This document shows, piece after piece, positions 8,904 to 14,593 of a stretch of DNA of 64,000 bases. This DNA is from Escherichia phage inny. Position 1 is the stretch's first letter. Each line of letters opens with the position of its first letter. Below the pieces are notes generated by a model. The model was not told where the DNA came from. It was given only the letters and a program-made list of their open reading frames with translations, and did not search any database. The translations under genes and the position numbers were made by a program. The stretch is from the sequence record MN850601.1, one strand, 5' to 3'.

Positions 8904-8932
8904 TTGACAATAGGGAGTATGCTTAGTAAGAT
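8904..8932 (+). promoter_or_regulatory. sigma70-like promoter TTGACA-N17-TAAGAT embedded in an 8-bp inverted repeat
   Basis: -35 at 8904..8909, -10 at 8927..8932; GGGAGTAT (8912..8919) and ATACTCCC (8930..8937) form a perfect palindrome across the -10. Confidence 0.55.
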
Positions 8933-8964
8933 ACTCCCACACTAACAAACAAGGAGACATAACT

Positions 8965-10698
8965 ATGAATATTTTTGCACCTTTTGCTACTGATTGGTAT
9001 AAACCTGGTCACAAGCAGATGTACAACCAAAATACAAAACTCATTTTCTCTAATTTAACTCCTCGTAATGATAAAAACTTTGCACACTATGCAGATCGTG
9101 AAGCACGTGGTGTAATTGTTTTAGGTATTCGTCGAGCAGTTACTGATGCTCTTGTAACTATGTGGGATAGCTTCTTTAAAATGTCTCGTAGTGCAGCAGT
9201 AAATAAATTTTATCGTATGTCTAAAAATGCATTAGGTGCTTCTGCTCCTTCTGCTGAATGTTGGGGAGAATTGCACGATTTAGGTTATCTTCCGCTGGAA
9301 GTTCGATCTCTGCCAGAAGGTGTTTTGTGTCCTATTGGTGTTCCTGTGTTTACTGTGCATAATACTTTAGAAAAATTCTTTTGGTTAACTAACTATGTGG
9401 AAACACTATTGTCAGATGAAACTTGGAAGACAATGACTAATGCTACAGCAGCTTTTCAGTATAAGCGTATTGCTATGGCATATGCGATGGCAACGTGTGA
9501 TAATATTGATCATGTTAACTTCCAGTGTCATGATTTTAGCCTACGTGGTTTAAGTAATATCGAAGATGGTTATAAGAGTGGTATCGCTCATTTGGCATCT
9601 TTCACAGGAACAGATAACATTCTGGCTATTGAGACTGTGCATGATTATTATGGTATTGATTATGATCAGTTTGTTGCAGGTTCTATTCCGGCAACAGAAC
9701 ATTCAGTAGCAACGACTAACATTGGAGCTATTGTTGAAGATCTGAAGAAACATTTCCCACATCTTAAAGATGATGTTGATGGGCTTCGTTATGTAGCAGA
9801 GAAAGAGTTTCTTCGCCGCTATATTGAAGAAATTGTTCCAGAAGGTTTTTGTTCATATGTAGCAGATTCTTATGACTACTGGGCTGTCTTGACTCGCATT
9901 CTGGTCGAGTTGAAAGATTCCATTATGTCACGAAATGGTCGTCTTGTTATTCGTCCAGATTCAGGAGATCCGGTTAAAGTTGTTGCAGGATACAATGTTG
10001 AATCTTTTGATAACTATGAAGACCTTTTAAATAATGGTATTGCTACAGCCACTGAAGTAGTTCATTTGGCTGATGTTAATAAGTATTACAATGTTCTTCA
10101 GGATTGCAGTGTTGCTGATTGTATTGATGAAACTTATGAGATTCCTTATTGTGAAGCAGTAGGTTCTATTCAAATCCTTTGGGAAGTGTTTGGTGGTACT
10201 ATCAACCGAAAAGGCTACAAGGTTCTTGATCAGCACATCGGTATGATTTATGGTGATTCTATTACTGTTGAACGAGAACACGAAATCTTACGCCGACTGA
10301 AGAAGAAAGGTTTTGCAGCTTCCAATATTGTATTTGGTGTTGGTAGTTATACTTATCAGTTCAATACACGAGATACTTTTGGTTTTGCTGTTAAAGCAAC
10401 AGGTAGTATCATCGGTGAACACGAAATTTTGGTAAGTAAGGAGCCTAAAACTGATCCTGGTAAACGTTCTGCAAAAGGTTTTATTAAGGTTGTTAAGGAT
10501 ACAAACGGTAAACTTTCTCTCGTGGATAATCTTTCTTTTAAAGATATTCAAGATGAAGACAATGAGTTAAAAGTTATCTTCAGGGATGGTACGGTTATTA
10601 CACCACAAGTAGAAGGACGTGATGAAACATTTACGGATATCCGCAATCGTGTTGATGTAGAGGTTCTTCGTACTATGGGAACCATCCAGGTTGACTAA
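8965..10698 (+). CDS. nadV: nicotinamide phosphoribosyltransferase family protein (NAMPT/NadV-like)
   Basis: 577 aa; N-terminal ATDWYKPGHKQMY matches the NAMPT ATDSYK...H.KQY signature; adjacent to the Prs-like gene. Confidence 0.85.
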   Translation: MNIFAPFATDWYKPGHKQMYNQNTKLIFSNLTPRNDKNFAHYADREARGVIVLGIRRAVTDALVTMWDSFFKMSRSAAVNKFYRMSKNALGASAPSAECWGELHDLGYLPLEVRSLPEGVLCPIGVPVFTVHNTLEKFFWLTNYVETLLSDETWKTMTNATAAFQYKRIAMAYAMATCDNIDHVNFQCHDFSLRGLSNIEDGYKSGIAHLASFTGTDNILAIETVHDYYGIDYDQFVAGSIPATEHSVATTNIGAIVEDLKKHFPHLKDDVDGLRYVAEKEFLRRYIEEIVPEGFCSYVADSYDYWAVLTRILVELKDSIMSRNGRLVIRPDSGDPVKVVAGYNVESFDNYEDLLNNGIATATEVVHLADVNKYYNVLQDCSVADCIDETYEIPYCEAVGSIQILWEVFGGTINRKGYKVLDQHIGMIYGDSITVEREHEILRRLKKKGFAASNIVFGVGSYTYQFNTRDTFGFAVKATGSIIGEHEILVSKEPKTDPGKRSAKGFIKVVKDTNGKLSLVDNLSFKDIQDEDNELKVIFRDGTVITPQVEGRDETFTDIRNRVDVEVLRTMGTIQVD

Positions 10699-10719
10699 AT
10701 AAAAACTTCGTGATAAGAT
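10691..10719 (+). promoter_or_regulatory. sigma70-like promoter TTGACT-N17-TAAGAT overlapping the nadV stop
   Basis: -35 at 10691..10696, extended TG, -10 at 10714..10719. Confidence 0.5.
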
Positions 10720-10769
10720 TAAGGTAAGGAGAGCCTGCAACTGCCCTGGATGGGCTTCACGAAGGATTT

Positions 10770-10991
10770 ATGAAACAACATAATTTTTATTTTCGTTGCC
10801 GAGCCTGTAACAGACACTTGACTAATCATTCCCGTAGAGACAGGAATGGTAATATTCAAGAGTCGGATCTATGCTCGATTTGTACAAGTTTGGCATTCGA
10901 CGACAGTCCCGAAAGGGTTTATCAACATCAAAGTGTAACTGATCTTCTTCTAAATTACACAGCACCAGAGGAGGAATTAGATTTCACATAA
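10770..10991 (+). CDS. hypothetical zinc-ribbon protein (73 aa)
   Basis: ORF track; CRAC...CSIC cysteine pairs. Confidence 0.5.
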   Translation: MKQHNFYFRCRACNRHLTNHSRRDRNGNIQESDLCSICTSLAFDDSPERVYQHQSVTDLLLNYTAPEEELDFT

Positions 10992-11004
10992 TTAAGGAAA
11001 CAGT

Positions 11005-11115
11005 ATGTCTACAGAAATTATTTTTGGCTTATCTGTTTTTATTGCTATTGTATCTTTTGTATGCGGTTATACACTAGGTTACAGATCAAGAAAAAATATT
11101 GTAAAAACTAGTTGA
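11005..11115 (+). CDS. small hydrophobic protein (36 aa)
   Basis: unlisted short ORF; AAGGAAA SD 7 nt upstream of ATG; single hydrophobic helix IIFGLSVFIAIVSFVCGYTLGY. Confidence 0.3.
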   Translation: MSTEIIFGLSVFIAIVSFVCGYTLGYRSRKNIVKTS

Positions 11116-11141
11116 CAACATAGCTAGTTATTTGCTAAGAT
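11112..11141 (+). promoter_or_regulatory. sigma70-like promoter TTGACA-N18-TAAGAT
   Basis: -35 at 11112..11117, -10 at 11136..11141. Confidence 0.5.
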
Positions 11142-11171
11142 AAGCACAAGTTAAACAAAAAGGAGAAAACT

Positions 11172-11438
11172 ATGACAGAAAAGACTTATGGTAAAGAATT
11201 GATTGAGAAGCACGTATTGATTGATAATAAAGGTGGAGCAATCTTTATTTTTGAACCTGAATCAGTTCTTACTGAAAACGAAAATGGTAGCGTTAGCCTT
11301 AAAACAGAAAGTTTGGTAATTGACTTCCTTGCTCTTCTGGATGAAATGGGGCTTCCTCACGAAGAAGAAGCAGCTATTGCTTTGATTGCAGTTCTTCTGG
11401 AGAAACGCGAAGCTGGTGAAATGACCCAGTATGCTTAA
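11172..11438 (+). CDS. hypothetical protein (88 aa)
   Basis: ORF track; AAAGGAG SD. Confidence 0.55.
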   Translation: MTEKTYGKELIEKHVLIDNKGGAIFIFEPESVLTENENGSVSLKTESLVIDFLALLDEMGLPHEEEAAIALIAVLLEKREAGEMTQYA

Positions 11439-11445
11439 TATTCAA

Positions 11446-11521
11446 GGTTCCATAGCTCACTGACGAGAGCGCACACCTCATAAGTGTCGAGGGCAGGGAT
11501 TGTAACCCTGGGGAACCACCA
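11446..11521 (+). tRNA. tRNA-Met/Ile2-type (anticodon CAT), non-canonical T-loop
   Basis: hand-folded cloverleaf: acceptor GGTTCC/GGAACC, D-stem GCTC/GAGC, anticodon loop CTCATAA, encoded CCA; T-loop ATTGTAA (A54, T58) instead of TTCGAAT. Confidence 0.6.
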
Positions 11522-11552
11522 TTTAAAAGGAGGTGCTATGCATCTCCTATAT

Positions 11553-11638
11553 GCAAGTGTGGTGGAATTGGTGATACACATTGTGCTTAAAACGCAACGC
11601 TTAAATGATTGAGGGTTCGAATCCCTCCACTTGCACCA
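11553..11638 (+). tRNA. tRNA-Leu (anticodon TAA), type II
   Basis: acceptor GCAAGTG/CACTTGC, 3-bp D-stem, anticodon loop CTTAAAA, long variable arm, T-arm GAGGG-TTCGAAT-CCCTC, A73, CCA. Confidence 0.85.
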
Positions 11639-11640
11639 AC

Positions 11641-11746
11641 GCCTAGTAGGGTATTTGGTAATTCCGAGGCCATCAAAGCCTGAAAAATATGTTAGACCGT
11701 TTTGTCTAACTAAATACGAAATATGGTTCGATTCCATAACTAGGCT
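11641..11746 (+). tRNA. atypical 106-nt tRNA-like element (candidate anticodon TCA)
   Basis: perfect 7-bp acceptor GCCTAGT/ACTAGGC, D-like arm with GG loop, 4-bp stem with loop CATCAAA, extra 7-bp hairpin GTTAGAC-CGTTTT-GTCTAAC, canonical T-arm TATGG-TTCGATT-CCATA; no CCA encoded; too long for a standard tRNA. Confidence 0.3.
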
Positions 11747-11781
11747 CCCGATTTAAATAGTAATTTTTTAATAAAAATATC

Positions 11782-11810
11782 TTGACATTTACTTAGTTTT
11801 TTGTTATAGT
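11782..11810 (+). promoter_or_regulatory. sigma70-like promoter TTGACA-N17-TATAGT with extended TG
   Basis: -35 at 11782..11787, TG at 11802..11803, -10 at 11805..11810; 12 nt upstream of the tRNA at 11822. Confidence 0.6.
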
Positions 11811-11821
11811 CATTATGAAAA

Positions 11822-11903
11822 CGGGGTGTATCTCACCTGACTTCTAATCAGGCGTTAACCGAGTAATTGGAGTATGCAGGTTCGAATCCTGTCACCCCGG
11901 CCA
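11822..11903 (+). tRNA. tRNA-Arg-like (anticodon TCT) lacking a canonical D-arm
   Basis: acceptor CGGGGTG/CACCCCG, only 7 nt (TATCTCA) before a perfect anticodon arm CCTGA-CTTCTAA-TCAGG, 23-nt variable region with CCGA-GTAA-TTGG hairpin, T-arm GCAGG-TTCGAAT-CCTGT, G73, CCA. Confidence 0.45.
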
Positions 11904-11921
11904 AAAAGTTTTAAAAACTAC

Positions 11922-11951
11922 TTGACAAGCAAGATAGTTTTATGTTAGATT
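11922..11951 (+). promoter_or_regulatory. sigma70-like promoter TTGACA-N17/18-TTAGAT
   Basis: -35 at 11922..11927, TG then -10 around 11945..11951. Confidence 0.55.
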
Positions 11952-11966
11952 TAAAGTATGGTAACA

Positions 11967-12056
11967 GGAAGGTAGGGCGCAGCGGTGCGCAACCAGGTTT
12001 GAACCCTGGCCCATTGTAGCGATACGGTGATGGTTCGACTCCATTATCTTCCTCCA
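11967..12056 (+). tRNA. tRNA-Ser (anticodon TGA), type II
   Basis: acceptor GGAAGGT/ATCTTCC, anticodon arm CCAGG-TTTGAAC-CCTGG, 19-nt variable arm, T-arm GATGG-TTCGACT-CCATT, CCA. Confidence 0.85.
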
Positions 12057-12075
12057 AATTCGCTTAGGAGCTTTA

Positions 12076-12227
12076 TGAATTATAAAACTATTGGACAGAT
12101 TGTTACCGGAGTTAAGATTGTAAATAATAAAGTTGTTTATGAGTATTCTAATCTTCAACAATCTGAAGATGGTAAGAATATTCGTATGGTAAAAGCAGAA
12201 CAAAAAGATTCCGGTTGTTTTGAATAA
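12076..12227 (+). CDS. small hypothetical protein (50 aa)
   Basis: ORF track 12027..12227 starts inside tRNA-Ser; trimmed to ATG at 12076 behind TAGGAG SD. Confidence 0.3.
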
Positions 12228-12235
12228 TTAAGAAC

Positions 12236-12321
12236 GGTAGATTGGTGAAATGGTAGCCACAACAGTTTGCTAAACTGTCGTCGGAAACGGCGTGTAGGTT
12301 CAAGTCCTACATCTACCGCCA
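12236..12321 (+). tRNA. tRNA-Ser (anticodon GCT), type II
   Basis: acceptor GGTAGAT/ATCTACC, 3-bp D-stem GTG/CAC, anticodon arm ACAGT-TTGCTAA-ACTGT, long variable arm, T-arm GTAGG-TTCAAGT-CCTAC, G73, CCA. Confidence 0.85.
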
Positions 12322-12377
12322 AGTTATCTTTAATGTAGCTTGTTGCTCTTAGTTGCTTGGTGTAACTTTTTGGAAGG

Positions 12378-12439
12378 ATGGCTGCAACCATCTTACTTTA
12401 ATAGAGTAAACTTTCGGCAGATGGCCCCCACCATCTTAC
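12378..12439 (+). repeat. two near-identical hairpins (GGATGG-loop-CCATCTTAC), spaced about 45 nt
   Basis: 12378..12397 AAGGATGG-CTGCAA-CCATCTT and 12422..12439 AGATGG-CCCCCA-CCATCT; both followed by TTAC; stems resemble the T-stem of the upstream tRNA-Ser. Confidence 0.5.
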
Positions 12440-12491
12440 CGATACCTCATAGTTAGTGGTGCGAACACTGGCTATTTTAAAGATAATTTAT

Positions 12492-12567
12492 ACATCGTTA
12501 GCTTAGTTGGTAGAGCAAGGGGCTTTTAACTCCAAGGTCGAAGGTTCGAATCCTTCACGATGTACCA
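12492..12567 (+). tRNA. tRNA-Lys (anticodon TTT)
   Basis: perfect acceptor ACATCGT/ACGATGT, D-arm GCTT-AGTTGGTA-GAGC, anticodon loop CTTTTAA, T-arm GAAGG-TTCGAAT-CCTTC, A73, CCA. Confidence 0.8.
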
Positions 12568-12572
12568 AACAC

Positions 12573-12659
12573 GTAGGTATCGCATAGCGGCAATTGCTGG
12601 AGACTGTAAATCTCCTGCCCTTCGGGGCTTCGTTGGTTCGAGTCCAACTACCTGCACCA
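12573..12659 (+). tRNA. tRNA-Tyr (anticodon GTA), type II
   Basis: acceptor GTAGGTA/TACCTGC, anticodon arm GGAGA-CTGTAAA-TCTCC, variable hairpin GCCC-TTCG-GGGC, T-arm GTTGG-TTCGAGT-CCAAC, A73, CCA. Confidence 0.85.
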
Positions 12660-12666
12660 AATTAAA

Positions 12667-12751
12667 GATGGATTGGCCTAGTGGTTGGGCGACGGACTGT
12701 TAATCCGTGAACGAAAGTTCTAGCAAGGTTCAAATCCTTGATCCATCGCCA
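12667..12751 (+). tRNA. type II (Ser-like architecture) tRNA with anticodon GTT (Asn-type)
   Basis: acceptor GATGGAT/ATCCATC, 3-bp D-stem GCC/GGC, perfect anticodon arm ACGGA-CTGTTAA-TCCGT, 15-nt variable arm with GAAC-GAAA-GTTC hairpin, T-arm CAAGG-TTCAAAT-CCTTG, G73, CCA. Confidence 0.7.
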
Positions 12752-12830
12752 AATAGTGCTTGTAGAGTTAATAGAAACCTCTAGAATTTTCTAGAATTGT
12801 AGGTATCAAATCCTACCAAGCAAATATTTT

Positions 12831-12905
12831 GCTCCTATCGTATAACGGCTATTACGGTTGCCTTGTAAGCAACTTATCAGGGTTCGAGTCCTTGTGGGAG
12901 CACCA
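12831..12905 (+). tRNA. tRNA-Thr (anticodon TGT)
   Basis: acceptor GCTCCTA/TGGGAGC (one G-U), anticodon arm GTTGC-CTTGTAA-GCAAC, T-arm CAGGG-TTCGAGT-CCTTG, A73, CCA. Confidence 0.8.
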
Positions 12906-12927
12906 ATTTAACTCTAAAGGAGTGTAT

Positions 12928-13251
12928 GTGACAGAAAAAGAGTTAGAGAAATATTTTAATATCAATGTTTTCGATGGTTTTGATGATATTGAAGATGTTG
13001 AAAGATATTATGAAGTAGAGTTAGATAAGGATAACATTGTAATTCTTTCTGCCACTTATGATTGTGCATATTATGAAGGCGAATCTCACGTTTATTTCTA
13101 TGATATGAAAACATCTTTGTTTTATGAAGTACACGCATATCATTGTTCTTGTTATGGCTTAGAAGGTCAGTGGGAACCTGAAGAAATAGGTGATTTGAGC
13201 TTTACGGTTGCATATCTAAACAGACGTGGTGCATCTACTATTTTAAAATAA
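12928..13251 (+). CDS. hypothetical protein (107 aa)
   Basis: ORF track 12829..13251 begins inside tRNA-Thr; trimmed to GTG at 12928 behind AAGGAG SD. Confidence 0.5.
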   Translation: MTEKELEKYFNINVFDGFDDIEDVERYYEVELDKDNIVILSATYDCAYYEGESHVYFYDMKTSLFYEVHAYHCSCYGLEGQWEPEEIGDLSFTVAYLNRRGASTILK

Positions 13252-13265
13252 ATATTAAAAGCCTC

Positions 13266-13295
13266 TTGACAAAGGGGCTAATAATATGTTAGAGT
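13266..13295 (+). promoter_or_regulatory. sigma70-like promoter TTGACA-N18-TGT-TAGAGT
   Basis: -35 at 13266..13271, TG at 13287..13288, -10 at 13290..13295; upstream of tRNA-Gly. Confidence 0.55.
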
Positions 13296-13306
13296 AATAT
13301 TGTTAA

Positions 13307-13381
13307 GCGGGTATAGTGTTAATGGTAGCATATGAGGTTTCCACCCTCCAGGTGCAGGTTCAAGTCCTGTTACTCGCTCCA
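13307..13381 (+). tRNA. tRNA-Gly (anticodon TCC)
   Basis: acceptor GCGGGTA/TACTCGC, anticodon loop TTTCCAC, T-arm GCAGG-TTCAAGT-CCTGT, U73, CCA. Confidence 0.8.
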
Positions 13382-13480
13382 AGATTATTTAAATGGAATC
13401 GCTAGAGAAAATTTCTCTTTTCGCTCATGGTTTTCTCCTTCAAACTCTAGCGGTTCTTTTTAAGTGATTTTTAGTTTTAT

Positions 13481-13555
13481 TGGAGATTAGCCTAGTGGGA
13501 AGGCAACGGCCTTTGAAGTCGTGATGACTAGGTTCGATTCCTAGATCTCCAGCCA
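13481..13555 (+). tRNA. tRNA-Gln (anticodon TTG)
   Basis: acceptor TGGAGAT/ATCTCCA with U1-A72, D-arm GCC-TAGTGGGAA-GGC, anticodon arm ACGGC-CTTTGAA-GTCGT, T-arm CTAGG-TTCGATT-CCTAG, G73, CCA. Confidence 0.8.
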
Positions 13556-13562
13556 ATATTTA

Positions 13563-13638
13563 CAGTGCGTAGCGCAGTTGGTAGCGTGGGAGCCTTGGAC
13601 GCTTCAGGTCGCAGGTTCGAGTCCTGCCGCACTGACCA
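13563..13638 (+). tRNA. tRNA-Pro (anticodon TGG)
   Basis: acceptor CAGTGCG/CGCACTG, D-arm GCGC-AGTTGGTA-GCGT, anticodon arm GGAGC-CTTGGAC-GCTTC, T-arm GCAGG-TTCGAGT-CCTGC, A73, CCA. Confidence 0.85.
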
Positions 13639-13643
13639 AATTT

Positions 13644-13718
13644 GCAGAGATAGCTGAGACGGATTAGTGCTACCCTGAAAAGGTAGAAAGGATGGATCGT
13701 TACCATCTCTCTGCACCA
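13644..13718 (+). tRNA. tRNA-Phe (anticodon GAA), non-canonical T-loop
   Basis: perfect acceptor GCAGAGA/TCTCTGC, perfect anticodon arm CTACC-CTGAAAA-GGTAG, T-arm GATGG-ATCGTTA-CCATC (A54 and T58 swapped relative to consensus), A73, CCA. Confidence 0.7.
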
Positions 13719-13795
13719 GATAACACCATCCAAGGAGAATACTTGGTTAACTGTCAATAGCACATTGAGGCTTCTTACAGTGGTGTACTTATTAT

Positions 13796-13880
13796 GGCTA
13801 AGTGGTGGAATGGTATACACGATACGCTTAGAACGTATTGCCCCAAGGGATTGTGAGTTCGAGTCTCACCTTAGCTACCA
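13796..13880 (+). tRNA. tRNA-Leu (anticodon TAG), type II
   Basis: acceptor GGCTAAG/CTTAGCT, 3-bp D-stem GTG/CAC, anticodon arm ATACG-CTTAGAA-CGTAT, variable hairpin, T-arm GTGAG-TTCGAGT-CTCAC, A73, CCA. Confidence 0.85.
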
Positions 13881-13895
13881 AATTATTACAGGTTT

Positions 13896-13974
13896 CGCGG
13901 GATAGAGGAGTCTGGTCGTCCTCGCCAGTTTCATATGCTGGAGATCGTAGGTTCAAATCCTACTCCCGTTACCA
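13896..13974 (+). tRNA. tRNA-Met/Ile2-type (anticodon CAT), second copy, unpaired 1-72
   Basis: acceptor CGCGGGA/TCCCGTT with C1 opposite U72, D-arm GAGG-(11 nt)-CCTC, anticodon arm CCAGT-TTCATAT-GCTGG, T-arm GTAGG-TTCAAAT-CCTAC, A73, CCA. Confidence 0.65.
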
Positions 13975-14032
13975 ATAAATACCTCCCTTCTGGTGTAATG
14001 ATTAAATTACATTGACACTTCAAGGAACTCAT

Positions 14033-14115
14033 AGCCGGGTAGATTTAAAAGAGTATGGTACTCAATATGGCTCCAAACCATAGATCAGGGGGTTCGATTC
14101 CTCACCTTGCTGCCA
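14033..14115 (+). tRNA. tRNA-Trp-like (anticodon CCA) with expanded D region
   Basis: anticodon arm TATGG-CTCCAAA-CCATA, T-loop TTCGATT, G73, CCA; best acceptor AGCCGGG/CCTTGCT has one C-U mismatch and leaves about 9 extra nt before the D-stem GAGT/ACTC. Confidence 0.4.
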
Positions 14116-14120
14116 ATTAT

Positions 14121-14196
14121 TGTGGTATCGTACAGATGGTTAGTACACTCGACCGATAATCGAGAAACAACGGTTCGACTCCGTTTACCACGACCA
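14121..14196 (+). tRNA. tRNA-Ile (anticodon GAT)
   Basis: acceptor TGTGGTA/TACCACG, D-arm GTAC-AGATGGTTA-GTAC, anticodon arm CTCGA-CCGATAA-TCGAG (C33), T-arm AACGG-TTCGACT-CCGTT, A73, CCA. Confidence 0.75.
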
Positions 14197-14310
14197 AACT
14201 CCGTGCCAGCGGTGTCTTCGAAGAACAAGCCTAGTTCCTTCTGAGATGGAGGGGTGCGACTCCTTAACGCACAACATACTACTACTACTAAATACTTATC
14301 AGGAGATATC

Positions 14311-14580
14311 ATGTATACTTTAAAAGTAATTCGCAAGTTTCCTCAAGAAGAGGAAGTAAGAATTTATAACACTGTACCATTCGTAGTAAATGAAGAAGAA
14401 TTCTTTTATTGCTTAGAAGATGAAGTAATTATTCAATATCATTGGGAAGGTTACGACAGACAAGATGGTGTTGTAGCTTCTGTGCTTGCTGGTGACAGAG
14501 TGTTATTCATTCACAAAACTGAATCAGCATATTTAATGAATGATAAAGGACAAACTGTTAAAGTAATTAACAGACCATAA
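14311..14580 (+). CDS. hypothetical protein (89 aa)
   Basis: ORF track 14254..14580 trimmed to ATG at 14311 behind AGGAG SD. Confidence 0.5.
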   Translation: MYTLKVIRKFPQEEEVRIYNTVPFVVNEEEFFYCLEDEVIIQYHWEGYDRQDGVVASVLAGDRVLFIHKTESAYLMNDKGQTVKVINRP

Positions 14581-14593
14581 AGAATTTTATAAA

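Noticed and set aside
11641-11746. Interpreting the 106-nt element as two separate small tRNAs
   Set aside because: Only one T-arm and one complementary acceptor pair are present; internal hairpins lack partners that would complete two cloverleaves.
12756-12825. Functional tRNA between the GTT tRNA and tRNA-Thr
   Set aside because: Acceptor-like pairing and a T-like hairpin exist, but the central segment is a palindrome with a 2-4 nt loop and no anticodon arm; treated as a remnant.
12829-12927. N-terminal extension of the 12829..13251 ORF
   Set aside because: The extension lies inside tRNA-Thr; the first SD-backed start is GTG at 12928.
11435-14336. Minus-strand ORFs overlapping the tRNA array (11435..11737, 11940..12203, 12155..12391, 13528..13716, 13560..13820, 14085..14336)
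   Set aside because: They run antisense through canonical tRNA cloverleaves, lack ribosome-binding sites and have Cys/Arg/Trp-rich translations typical of random frames.
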